DNA of 63,466 nucleotides, counting the filler, from Syncephalis fuscata S228 (taxonomy: Eukaryota > Fungi > Zoopagomycota): assembly GCA_025786725.1 (NCBI GenBank). It is 6 parts of 6 records of this genome, joined end to end, with 100 filler letters (N's around TTAATTAATTAA, not from the genome) between each part and the next. Parts side by side here need not be neighbours in the genome. Positions count along the whole stretch, not along the records: positions 13,583 to 32,977 come from JAHLTZ010000175.1; 5 more parts are not named here. One strand, given 5' to 3'. Of this stretch, positions 13,879-25,577 are shown in pieces. A program made the position numbers and the translations under genes. Position 1 is the first letter of the stretch. Each line of letters starts with the position of its first letter. A model generated the notes under the pieces. It was not told the origin of the DNA. It saw only the letters and a program-made list of their open reading frames with translations, and did not search any database.

Positions 13879-15477
13879 TTAATTCAGTTCAGGTATAAAA
13901 CTTGTAATGAGTGCTGTCTCCTTATTCAGCAATAGCATGTGGCCCAATGCAAATGTACGATGTTTTACCATTACTATTGCATATGGATAAACGTCCACGT
14001 TGCCTGTTACAGCATCGATAACACAATAATGGCCAACTCTATAATTGTAACCAATGATTTTTGTATCAATAAGATGTTGAAAGTAACACAGCCTAACCGT
14101 TAAGATTTTTAAATGGATTTCATGCAAAATCTCTCCATTTAATAGTGACATAACAACTAGCGATGAGCAATTGAGCGACCAGAACACAACCAAATTCTGT
14201 GCTGAAATTAAAATCAGTTTTTCAAAATCATTTGTTGGATAGTTGCATTCAAAGACGACTCCTTTGTTTAATGAGACTACTCGAATGTAGCGTTGATAAT
14301 TATCTATATTGACATTCGATGTCCCCTCGGGTAAGTGAGCGTTGCAGTGAACTAATATGCGATCGCGGTCAATTGAATAAAATTCTGAAACCCAGAGTTT
14401 TGTAAGATTGGAGACAGTTATGTAATCTGATGCAATTGTAGCCATTCGCATCGTATCATCTCCAATTATCTCCAAATTTGTATCAGGTATCAATTGTATG
14501 CGGATTATCTTATAATCGAGTCTGAACTCGCTTTTGCAGTATTGTACAAAAATTGTCTTATTATTACTCGTCGAATGTATCCTATACTTATAGGAGTAGT
14601 CGATATTTGGAAAAATAATGGATGGAGGTTCGTGCAATTGTGTTGTTGAACCAATGTTATAGATTAGTCGAGTATAGTAAGTGGATTGTAAAGTGTTGGA
14701 TGGAGCAATCCTCTGTGAGCTGGAAACCAACAAAGATGCGCCTATAATTCTACCGTCCCATTTACCATTAATATCGATAGAGTGTAGTAGTTGGCAACTA
14801 TTTGCGTCCCATACTTGAAGCACATCAAAGAGCCCTTCAAAGTATTCTAAACATACAATTACACGCATGCCTTCATCAATGGCATCTACTTGTTGTTGGC
14901 ATTGATAAAATGCTATATTTTTAATAAATTTTAAACGGTTTTCATCCAATTTTAGTAGATGATTTTTGGCTATATTATTTGTCGAAAGTTTAATCAAATC
15001 AACAGAAGGATTATATCGATTTGCTATTGCAATCCATCCAGGATAGCTCACAGTCATCGTGCTACGGCCAATACCTAACTTTAGTAATTTATCTACCGTA
15101 GTAGATTTTATATAGAATGTAGATGTTGGCTTGTTATTCTGCCAATTTAAACCCATACTGGCACGTTGTCTATATCGCTGAAACCAAGTAACCTTTGATG
15201 TAGCTCTATTCTCCATGTCGGTTGCTGCTTCAGTTATTCTTGGTTCTTGCTTCAATTGCCATTGTAACCAGTCGATATCAGTATCGATATCACGAGGGAA
15301 ATGCTGTTGATACATTCTGCGCCAAAGATTATCGCAACCGATAATAGAATTGTACAATAATTTACAAGTGCGCGCCAATGCTACTGTGGCACTTAATTCG
15401 CTAAATTGTGATATATAATGAACTATATCAATAACTAGCCATATTCTTGGCAGTATGTCGTTATTCTGTGTGGACAT
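13879..15477 (-). CDS. Intronless F-box-like protein with beta-rich C-terminal region
   Basis: LPRIWLVIDIVHYI...VALARTCKLLYNSII...LWRRMYQQHF is F-box-like; WFQRYRQR...NW is shared with the 46157-47262 protein; first ATG at 15477. Confidence 0.7.
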   Translation of the reverse strand: MSTQNNDILPRIWLVIDIVHYISQFSELSATVALARTCKLLYNSIIGCDNLWRRMYQQHFPRDIDTDIDWLQWQLKQEPRITEAATDMENRATSKVTWFQRYRQRASMGLNWQNNKPTSTFYIKSTTVDKLLKLGIGRSTMTVSYPGWIAIANRYNPSVDLIKLSTNNIAKNHLLKLDENRLKFIKNIAFYQCQQQVDAIDEGMRVIVCLEYFEGLFDVLQVWDANSCQLLHSIDINGKWDGRIIGASLLVSSSQRIAPSNTLQSTYYTRLIYNIGSTTQLHEPPSIIFPNIDYSYKYRIHSTSNNKTIFVQYCKSEFRLDYKIIRIQLIPDTNLEIIGDDTMRMATIASDYITVSNLTKLWVSEFYSIDRDRILVHCNAHLPEGTSNVNIDNYQRYIRVVSLNKGVVFECNYPTNDFEKLILISAQNLVVFWSLNCSSLVVMSLLNGEILHEIHLKILTVRLCYFQHLIDTKIIGYNYRVGHYCVIDAVTGNVDVYPYAIVMVKHRTFALGHMLLLNKETALITSFIPELN

Positions 15478-15766
15478 GATGGAAATAGAAACAAGTATGA
15501 AAATTGTTTGGTTGTAGTAAAAAACCCCCTGAATTAAATAGAATGACGTATCGATCAGTAGATAGAACATGACTAAATATTTTAGTTCTAACAATTACTT
15601 TTTGTAAAATAATTAAACGTTTATATTGTTATCGATTAATCATTCCACAGATAATACAATTGACGATGTATTAAAGGTATTATATTATTGCAAAGTGCAC
15701 CTAATCTTTCGCTTTATTACTCTTTTTGCGACAAATAATCAGCAGCTTATTTTATTGCCGCTTCAC

Positions 15767-17099
15767 CTATTGTTGCACAGCCTTGGCTGTGTAGAGACGT
15801 GTAATATTGGCACCGCTTGTCGTTTCCAATTGTTTGGCATGCGCGTTCATTTGATGCGCTGTTAGCATTTGTTCAAAACGAGATGGTTCCGGCAACACTT
15901 TTGGTAGATCCTCAGGTTCTTCAGGCAACAATGCCATACCAGCCGCGGCACGCTCTTTGTTTTCTGCTTTGCGTTTCTGCACTGCTTGTTGAATACGCTG
16001 TAAGTCGCGTTGAGCACCACGTAACCAGTAGAGCCATTGCCCTTGTTCGTGACGCCAGTCATCAATACCTTCCGTCAACGACTCTACCGAGTGTTCAATA
16101 TGGCCACCATCAGCTAGTTCTAGTCGGCTTAAATCCGACTCTATTGGACGCTCTGTAGTATCCAGTTCATCCAACAATACTTCAGCCAATGTCGAGTTGC
16201 ACACCTTAACGGGTAGTTCATCAAAAATCTCCTGAGAGTTAATGTTCAATTTGCGCATACTATCGAGTAAATAGTTGTAAGCAAATCATATAAAAATAAG
16301 CCACATCAACCATCACTTACTTGGCGGTAGTAAAGTCGCGTGTACGGAATGCTCGCATGAAGTTCTTGCTTAAACGATAGGCACGAATGTTGAAATTGCC
16401 ATTATCCGTTTTTGAAACATCTACCAATTAATTACTCATTAATTAACTGCTTACATCTATTGTTCTGATATCACTCAACATATCCAATATTATACATACC
16501 ATGAATAAGCACAACACATTTCTCGCCCAACTTCTTCTGGTAATCAAACTGTGTCTCGATCAATGACTGAGTAATAAACGAGCCATAACGAGCCGATTGG
16601 TACCAGCCTACAGTATTATGATCGGCATTGACATCGCGTAATGAGCGCAACATATCCATTTGATATTGTGTGACTATAAAATAAATTGGAATCAGCCATT
16701 TGTTCAGTACAGTCAACCAACTGTTCTACGTACTGCTACTGCCATCGTCATGCTTGCCCGATTGAGGAAGTGGGAAGCAGTTGGTGATTTCAAGACAACC
16801 ATCGACATCCAAACCAAGTAGCTGACCCGTCGCTGTGCCGTTATGGCGTTCACGGCAGTGTTTGATGATCTTCATCACAACCTATAGCGTTTAGATCTAA
16901 ACGTCAGCTGGTATATACTAAAATATCTTGTATTATAATCATCTAAAGGCTTATTTAAAGCCGCTTATACTTGCTTGTATTTATTGTTATAACTTACCAT
17001 ACCATCCAATTGAACACTTTCCAATACAACCTGAGCATCTTGCTCGAGGTGTTCGGGCTTCATACTTGAAGGATCGGCAAGTTCGCTTTTCTTCACCAT
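15767..17099 (-). CDS. EIF3H: Translation initiation factor eIF3 subunit H, 5 exons
   Basis: [65 protein letters not shown]. Confidence 0.9.
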
Positions 17100-17296
17100 A
17101 TTGCTATTGTTAATACGATTAACCGTGCAGTACCAATCAACAACAACAATAATAATAAACGGTCAAAGCCAAAATGCAAAGAGGTGGAGAAGGAAAAAGC
17201 TGATTAAAAAAATGGCAGTTTTCAATGTTGCAAGCTTCGTTAATTCAATCTTCATTAATTCTATATTCCTCACATTGACGGTAAACATTGTTATCT

Positions 17297-18699
17297 ATGA
17301 CGGTGTTCAAGCTATTTGGTATGTCGTTATAAGGATAAATAACAACCTATTAGGATAGGAAAATAGCTATACTAATAATATTATACGTAGATATTGGTGC
17401 CAACCTGGTAGACCCTATGTTTCGGGGTATTTATCGTGGTAGACGGGTACATGCAGGTAATGACATACACTATATATTAATACTAGCTATTAGAACTTAA
17501 TAAAACAACGATAGATGATTTTAAACTGGTATTACAACGTGCAAAGGATGCTGGCGTCAATCAAATGCTGATAACCGGCGGTTCTTTGAATGAATCAATA
17601 GAAGCATTGGAGTTGGCACGCGAAGAAGGTAATTAAACAGTATGAACAGTTAAACTATCCTATAATAATAGCAATATTTAATTCTAGATGGACTCTATAG
17701 TACGGTGGGCTGTCACCCAACACGTTGTAAGGAATTTGAAAAGTATAAAGAGGGATCAGATGCATATCTTGCAGCACTTTTAAAGTTGGCCGAACAAGGT
17801 AAAACAGAAGGCAAAGCACTAGCCATTGGTGAATGTGGACTTGATTATGACCGATTACACTTCTGTCCCAAGGATGTTCAGTTAAAGTGAGATTGATAGA
17901 TTAATAAATAATAATAATGACTACTTATTAAATGGTATAGATATTTTGAATGGCAATTTGATCTGGCAGAAAAGACGCAGTTGCCAATGTTTTTGCATAT
18001 GCGTGCTGCTTCTACTGATTTTATAGATATCCTTTACTGATACTTATAATGAGTTGTTTATCACTACAAGTGTATTCTTAATTGAAATGATATACAGCTT
18101 ATTAAGCGACATCGAAGCCGTTTTACTGAAGGTGTTGTCCATTCATTTACGGGTACAATGGAGGAAATGGAAGCATGTGTAGAACAAGAATTATTTATTG
18201 GACTTAATGGATGGTATGTAAATATTAAATACAGATTGTAAACACAAATACTAAATAATATTTTATGTAGTTCATTAAAAACAGAAGATAATTTGACAGT
18301 GGTTGCCGCTGTACCAGAGGACCGCATTATGCTTGAAACGGGCAAGTCACATCATTGATGGTCAATGAAGTTTTTTAATTAGTAAATAATAGATGCACCA
18401 TGGTGTGAGACTCGGTCAACTCATGCGGGACATCGATATCTTGCTGGACTTACATGGCCAGAAGCAAAGAAGAAAGAAAGATTTGAAATGGGATATTTAG
18501 TGAAATCGCGTAATGAGCCTAATGCTATGCGGTAAGTTAATAATAAGTATAATCATGGTAATTATTAATTAATGGTAATTATAGTCAAGTATTACGTATT
18601 GTGGCCAGTGTACGCAATGTATCTGAAGAACATTTGGCAGAAGTGGTCTATCGTAATACATGTCGTGTATTTAAACCATCCACTGATGCAGATCATTAA
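17297..18699 (+). CDS. TATDN1: TatD-family DNase (TATDN1-like), 9 exons
   Basis: [63 protein letters not shown]; one AT-AC and one GC-AG intron. Confidence 0.93.
18027..18095 (+). other. U12-type AT-AC spliceosomal intron
   Basis: 5' ATATCCTTT, branch-like TTCTTAAT at 18075-18082, 3' TATAC; removal gives [23 protein letters not shown]. Confidence 0.9.
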
Positions 18700-18910
18700 T
18701 CTGTCGCATATTAATAAATACTTGTTGATGGATATAAATGTCGGTAAATATCGGGATAGATATAATGAAATCTCAGACTAAAAGCGTCAATTTTCTTTTT
18801 TTTCTTGTTACTTTCTTCGTCTTCGTTCCTTACGCACAATAAGACTTGGTAAGTATGCTGTAATGTTGGTATTGTGAGATGTGAATACTTATTATATGAA
18901 TCTAAAGAAC

Positions 18911-19928
18911 ATGTCGCCGCCACCGTCTGGTAAACAACGCGAAAGCGGCACTGCCCGTTTATTGGGCTCTGGCACGTCAGGCATTCTAGAGCTGCTTATT
19001 TTCCATCCAGTAGACACGCTCGCCAAACGACTAATGTCTAATCAAACTAAAGTAAGCTAAAGCAGATAGTTTAAACAGTAACTTATATAGTTATATAGCT
19101 TTTCGGTGCTGGCGGTAGCGGCATGGCAGGTCTTAATAAAGTTATCTTTAAGGTAAGTTAAAATGGCTGTAATAACACGTAGTTGTATTAATTATAATTT
19201 AATAGGATGCAGCTGCACTTCCAATGACCCAACGTTATTTCTCACTTTTCCCCGGTCTTGGATTTGCTGCAGGATATAAGATCTCGCAGCGTATCTATAA
19301 ATTTGGCGGTCAACCTTATGTCAGCGACTACTTGGCCACCCATTACGGTAATGAATTCCGTAGTACATTTGGTGAACGTAACGGTAAAACAATGATGCAC
19401 GCCACGGCCGGTAGTATCATTGGTATTGGTGAAGTATTATTGTTGCCATTGGACGTGTTGAAGATTAAGCGTCAAACAAATCCTGAAGCATTCCGTGGAC
19501 GAAGCACCTTTAGAATCTTTGCCGATGAAGGATTCGGTCTATATCGTGGTGGTATGTGGACGGCAGCGCGTAATGCACCCGGTAGTTTCTCGTTGTTTGG
19601 TGGTTCGGCATTTGTTAAAGAGTATGTATTTGGACTGGAGGATTTCTCCAAGGCAACGTTCTTCCAAAACTTTTGTGCATCTATTGGTGGTGCTGTAGCA
19701 TCGATCACCGTGTCGGCACCACTTGATGTTGTTAAAACACGTATCCAAAATCGTAATTTTGATTCGCCTGAAAGCGGTATGAAGATTGTGCGAGATATGA
19801 TTCGAAAGGAAGGTATGGGCGCCTTTTTCAAGGGTCTTGTGCCAAAGGTGTTGGTCGTAGGACCTAAATTAATATTTAGTTTCACCATAGCGCAGGCGCT
19901 CATACCATTTTATGGCAAATATGTCTAA
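18911..19928 (+). CDS. GGC1: Mitochondrial GTP/GDP carrier, 3 exons
   Basis: ARLLGSGTSGILELLIFHPVDTLAKRLMSN, YKISQRIYKFGGQP, PLDVLKIKRQ, PLDVVKTRIQ. Confidence 0.92.
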
Positions 19929-20743
19929 ACAAATAAATAAATGATTGCTTGGTATTTTGTTATGGATATTAGGATTAAGTGATGATATATACTTACAGAA
20001 TGATGAATAATAGCATGATTGTAATATATTTATTATTATAAAATTGAATAGGTTGGAGAAAGAAGTAGCTGTTTACTCGTATGTTGTTTCAATAAAAATG
20101 TATCTGGTATATCAAATTACGTATTCAATTATTGTATTAATATTTATTTTAGTAATGTTATTTTTAAATTACTGCTTCTAAACTTTGCAATAATTCTGCC
20201 GTACACTAACTTATAGCCAAAGAGATGATAGTAATGTCATAAATTGTAGTAAAAGTATATCATTTATATTAATAAAGATGTGCTATATTGAAAAAAATTA
20301 AAGTTAGTTTACATCTTTGGCTTTAGTTGTAAATTAATGATTTGTCTAATACATTTTATTATATTTTAATATCAACTAGCGACTTGTAAATCAATATACC
20401 TAAATAATCAATAATAGTACTAGATTGTATGTTAGTTATTGTTATTACTATGATATTAAATAGAATGTCCGACAACATCAACGTTTTTCAATCCCACTAT
20501 TATATCGATAATATAGTCAGAGTATCAATAAATTGAACATAACGTGACGATAGCCGTGCCTTGTTGCTTCCAATCCAAATGGATAAGAAACTAGCATAAT
20601 TATTCTAGCATAGGGTACTTCAGCGGTTCGTTCACGGGTAAAAAACGATGCTGTACACACAAACTATGCAGATGATGCAGATAAATAGCGTATCTACTTA
20701 CCAATAAATACAGATAAATAAACAAACATCGATTAAAGTTAAA

Positions 20744-20780
20744 TGGATGAATGAATGAATAGATGGATGGATGGATGGAT
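20744..20780. repeat. (TGGA/TGAA)n microsatellite; another (GGAT)n at 34912-34941
   Basis: Directly visible tetranucleotide runs. Confidence 0.8.
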
Positions 20781-20980
20781 AAATAAAGGTAATGTACAAA
20801 AGTATAATGTTTGTGATGTTTGTATAAAATTGAATAATCACAGATCTAGTAGGCACAGTTTACCAGTCATTTTGCACTTGTCATATTTTACAGTCTAGTA
20901 ATTAACACATTCATGCATTATTTGATAGTCAATAAAATATAATGAGGCCATTTAATTTATAGTATATATATGATACTTTA

Positions 20981-21571
20981 TTATCGCAGACATGTACCAT
21001 TTTTTGCATGTCCATAATCATTAAATTTTGGATCAAGCATTCGATCAATCAAAAATATTGCATTGTTATTAGAACGAATGTATTTAGTGATTCTTGCACA
21101 ATTTACATATGTAAAGCCATTCTTTACATGAAGACAAAGTGGCTTATCCGCATAGCTATAAACATCATAGCATCCAGTTGAAGGTGGAGTTTTAGGAAGA
21201 CGATCACGAGAGGACATATAATGTGCTGCTTGTTCACCGGTTAAACTGCCATAAAAAGATGTTTTTTCTGGTATAAAGCTGACACTATCATGAGTATTTA
21301 GTGGATAAGAGATAGGGGAAGTAGATTTGACCGCGTTCTTAACGGTATAAAAAAAAAGGTCAGTACCATAATGTGTGGTTGCTCCTATTGCTACTCCTAA
21401 AGAAAAACTATCATACATCCATGAATCTAGAAAAACTGAACTGTCTCGTTTTAAAAGAGATTGCTTTGCATCGTATGTTTCAGTAGCACTATTTCCATGA
21501 ATATACTCAGTAGGAACAGCTATCACTACTGATGCCAAAGCAAGTGCAATAAGTATAATGCAAAATAGCAT
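20981..21571 (-). CDS. Secreted fasciclin (FAS1)-like protein, 196 aa
   Basis: Signal peptide, KR site; SVSFIPEKTSF resembles the FAS1 H1 motif and SNNNAIFLIDRML the H2 motif. Confidence 0.6.
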   Translation of the reverse strand: MLFCIILIALALASVVIAVPTEYIHGNSATETYDAKQSLLKRDSSVFLDSWMYDSFSLGVAIGATTHYGTDLFFYTVKNAVKSTSPISYPLNTHDSVSFIPEKTSFYGSLTGEQAAHYMSSRDRLPKTPPSTGCYDVYSYADKPLCLHVKNGFTYVNCARITKYIRSNNNAIFLIDRMLDPKFNDYGHAKNGTCLR

Positions 21572-21859
21572 GCTTGAAATGATGGAGTGCTATCACAATA
21601 AATGCTATGCTTGATATAAACAGAATGCAGTTGATGATGGATAGTATAGAAATGCAGATAATGCTTGAAAATACAGAAATGCTAAACAAGAAGGATGCAA
21701 TGAAATAAATGCAAAGTGAAGAGTATATTGCCGACTTTGTATCATTTATTTGTAGCTTTATACAAAGGATTGCACTCAATAATAACTGCCCAACTATTGG
21801 TCAAAGTCCATATTAAGATTGGCAAAATACGTCATTGCCTATTTATTGTGCCTTTGCTC

Positions 21860-24800
21860 CTTTGATTGTTGCTATTCAAATAAACATTAAATATACTTTT
21901 TACATTAGTTTATAGCACTAACTGTATATTTATGCAGTTACTTATAAACAGTCTAGCAGATGGTTTTAATCTACAGCTATTTAGTCGAAAGGCTAAGATA
22001 GTTTCATCATGCGATATATTGTTGAACATTATACTTGTGTAACCATCAGGCTGAATGTAAATCACATGCTTCATCATCCATTTACAGACCTTCTTTGTTC
22101 TCGTATGCACACTTGCAAAATACGTGAACTGTAACATGCGGTACAACCACATGAACATGAGTTGTTGCCATTCCCAGCAGGGTAGACCTTGAATACCACA
22201 TGAACACAAATAACATTTATTAGTGCAGTATAGCATGATGTATTCATTCAATCTGTTACTCATTCTATTACTTTGTATTTGCGCCCAACACTCGTACTAT
22301 TTGTAACTTTGTTTACTGGAGCTAGCAGGTCTGCTCTAATCTGCCATAATCAATCCATATCACCAACTATTTAACTTACTTTTTAAGCAACATGCGTTTC
22401 CTAAATGCTTCACATGAACCAACTTCACTTGTAATATCGCGTTTCCTATTTTTAGTTATAGGAATTGCTGCATTAGCATTTTTTACTGCTAATCAATTGA
22501 GTTATGTAATTGAATCAGAGGATATTTATCAAACTGAGTATCATACTGAACCACTTACTGTACCAACTATACTATTTCGAACAATAGTAGCGCCTGATTT
22601 AGTTATTCTCTATAATGTTACGATTGACGGAATTTCATATGTGTCATATAAGGAAAGCGATGTAATTGATTTTATTAATTGGAGTGAAAATGTGATTGAT
22701 TCAAGTTATCCAATTCAAGATTGGCGGCTATCGTATGACATTTATAGGTCTCGTTCACTAAACAACTCAGTACTTTCTATGTTTATGTTAAAGCCTAATA
22801 TTAATGCTACATTTGTTCCTAATGTTCGAAAAACTCTTAACAGACCTGATATACGCAAACGTCCCATTAAGGAAATTAATCTAAATTTTACAATGAAATT
22901 TCCAGATAATAAAAAGCTTGCTAGGCAAGCTCGTAATTATCAAACTGATATTTTTTTTATCAGTAATCCTGCTTTAATTAATCCAAAAAACTTTAGTGAA
23001 CTATTTGATCTGGCAACAATCGATTCCGGGTCTCGTTTTACTGTAAAAAGTGGGTCCAAAACCAAGATTGACTTTATTCAAAGCTATAAAGAAGGAAAAG
23101 ATCAAAATGAAACCATTTACGATTTCAAGTTTTATGAACAGCGGGGAACAGATCCAACAGTAGTCGAGTTTACCCTTGTTCCTCGCAACAAGCCATCTAA
23201 CAAGAAATATGGATTTATAGTAAAGAAAGAGATTGCACGACGTCCCGTTAGTTGGTTTCAAGCACTAGCATCAATTGGTGGTGCTATATCACTATTTATT
23301 GTTATTTTCACTATACTTTTTGGTCAACGCCGTCTCAAACCTTGGGGTATCATTCAAAGGTATTTTGTGCGCAACAAAATGCTTAGCCTTTTACCACAGT
23401 CTATGGTCAGCATTAAATCACATTATGATCCCGGATTTAATCAAGAATCGGTTACCGACATGACATTTCTACATATGCCAAATCCAGAACAACGTGGCAC
23501 AGCATCCTGGTTGCCAAAAACTATTCATAATCCAAATCAACACAAGTCATCGAGCAATGATGTATCTCGGTGTATACCATCTATATTAATTAATAACGAA
23601 CAACAAAACTTATCTGCCATTCATCCTCGTGCTGATGAAATCCATGAGCTTAAGGCAATGATGACAGCGCAGAAAGCACAAATGCAAGAGCAGAAAGTAC
23701 AAATGAAGGCACAAATGGAGGCACAAATGGAAGCGCAGACTGTATTTCAACTGAAGCAACTTACAATAATGTCAAATCGACTTGCGACACTTGAAGACGA
23801 TACAAGTACAAGCAACAGCAATATACTGCTAGATAAACCGACCCCAAATAGCACATGTCTACCGAATACTTCAATGGCCCACCATAGTAAATCGTTTGCA
23901 TCTACATCAAGTGTATTGCCGCTCGAAGCTCGGGTATCAAACCTTGAATCTTTTCAGCACCGATTGGGAACATTTTATTTGTCATCTGATTTGTTTAAAG
24001 ATACTTCGTTCAGTTAATATTTACAATAAATTATATGATTATATGTACCGTAATAGCTATGTATTCAGAGCAAAAAAACTATGTTTCATTATTAAAATCA
24101 TAAGCATTGATTGCTATATATATTATACTATTACTATTTGATGGCGATGTAGTTACTAGACAGTAATATTACTAAACTTATATAAACATTGTTACAAATC
24201 TGATTTAAAAATTGCAATTTAGATGACCATACAGCGTTTTATTTCTTTGTCATTTTATAAAGCTAGTCTTCAATGTGCGTTAATACTTATCTCAACACTC
24301 AGAATACAATTTGTTGGTTGACTGAAATTGATTTACTAATAAACTTATTTTTTGGACATTAGTTATCACAGTTCAACTATAATAAACCGAGTTGCTTGTA
24401 TAGCACTAATAAGAAAATAAATAAAAATAAAACTAGTAGTATATAATAAACAAAGCTAACAATATAAATAAATGCTTTGTAATATTTTCTCATTAACTCA
24501 AAACACATCAAATAATAGCCAATTAATTTCAAAGCAATCAAAAAATGCTGTATTCGAATGTTTATAATATTGTTTATGATTTATTTAAAAAAAATATGTA
24601 ACGCGCATAGATATTGAACGCAACAAGATGAATAACAATTATTTTGCAATGATTGTATGTATTATAGCCAACTGCTGCATTATTTTCTAGATGTCACAAT
24701 ATCTGTATTACTATGCTAATTACAAAAGGAATGGCATATGGTGGAATTGATACAGAGAGACCGTCACATGAAAGTAATCTAAAAGCTATGCTAGTCATAT

Positions 24801-25577
24801 GAAGGCTTGAGCTTTTAGTATTGGCATTAAATAAATTTTAATCAAAATAAAGACAATGTGCAAGAAAGTGTGTTGTCAATGATGTCTATAGAAATTAATT
24901 ACTGAAATGTAGTGTGCATGCTTTACCTGTCATTGTAACTTTGCCACTTTGATTGTTGCTATTCAAATAAACATTAAATATACTTGTTACTTTAATTTAC
25001 ATCACTAACTGTATATTTGTGCAGTTACTTATAAACAGTCTAGCAGATGGTTTTAATCTACAGCCATTTAATCGAAAGGCTAAGATAGTTTCATCATGCG
25101 ATATATTGTTGAACATTATACTTGTGTAACCATCAGGTTGAATGTAAATCACATGCTTCATCATCCATTTACAGACCTTCTTTGTTCTCGTATGTACACT
25201 TGCAAAATACGTGAGTTGTAACATGCGGTACAACCACATGAACATGAGTTGTTGCCATTCCCAGCAGGGTAGACCTTGAATACCACATGAACACAAATAA
25301 CATTTATTAGTGCAGTATAGCATGATGTATTCATTCAATCTGTTACTCATTCTATTACTTTGTATTTGCGCCCAACACTCGTACTATTTGTAACTTTGTT
25401 TACTGGAGCTAGCAGGTCTGCTCTAATCCGTCATAGTCAATCCATATCACCAACTATTTAACTTACTTTTTAAGCAACATGCATTTCCTAAATCCCCTGC
25501 ATGAACCAACTTCACTTGTAATATCGCGTTTTTTATTTTTAGTAATAGGAATTGCTGCATTAGCATTTTTTATTATT
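21860..25577 (+). repeat. Tandem segmental duplication: 21860-22490 vs 24947-25577 (offset 3087 bp)
   Basis: About 530 bp upstream plus the first ~100 coding bp are nearly identical, with no net indel. Confidence 0.9.
22392..24017 (+). CDS. Intronless 2TM protein with large extracellular loop, 541 aa
   Basis: TM1 near the N-terminus, N-glycosylation-site-rich loop, TM2 SIGGAISLFIVIFTILFG, PWGIIQRY, coiled-coil-like C-terminal tail. Confidence 0.8.
   Translation: MRFLNASHEPTSLVISRFLFLVIGIAALAFFTANQLSYVIESEDIYQTEYHTEPLTVPTILFRTIVAPDLVILYNVTIDGISYVSYKESDVIDFINWSENVIDSSYPIQDWRLSYDIYRSRSLNNSVLSMFMLKPNINATFVPNVRKTLNRPDIRKRPIKEINLNFTMKFPDNKKLARQARNYQTDIFFISNPALINPKNFSELFDLATIDSGSRFTVKSGSKTKIDFIQSYKEGKDQNETIYDFKFYEQRGTDPTVVEFTLVPRNKPSNKKYGFIVKKEIARRPVSWFQALASIGGAISLFIVIFTILFGQRRLKPWGIIQRYFVRNKMLSLLPQSMVSIKSHYDPGFNQESVTDMTFLHMPNPEQRGTASWLPKTIHNPNQHKSSSNDVSRCIPSILINNEQQNLSAIHPRADEIHELKAMMTAQKAQMQEQKVQMKAQMEAQMEAQTVFQLKQLTIMSNRLATLEDDTSTSNSNILLDKPTPNSTCLPNTSMAHHSKSFASTSSVLPLEARVSNLESFQHRLGTFYLSSDLFKDTSFS

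Noticed and set aside
21910-25350. Twin 117-aa ORFs (21910-22263 and 24997-25350)
   Set aside because: Antisense ORFs in duplicated upstream DNA; similarity is explained by the duplication and there are no protein-like features
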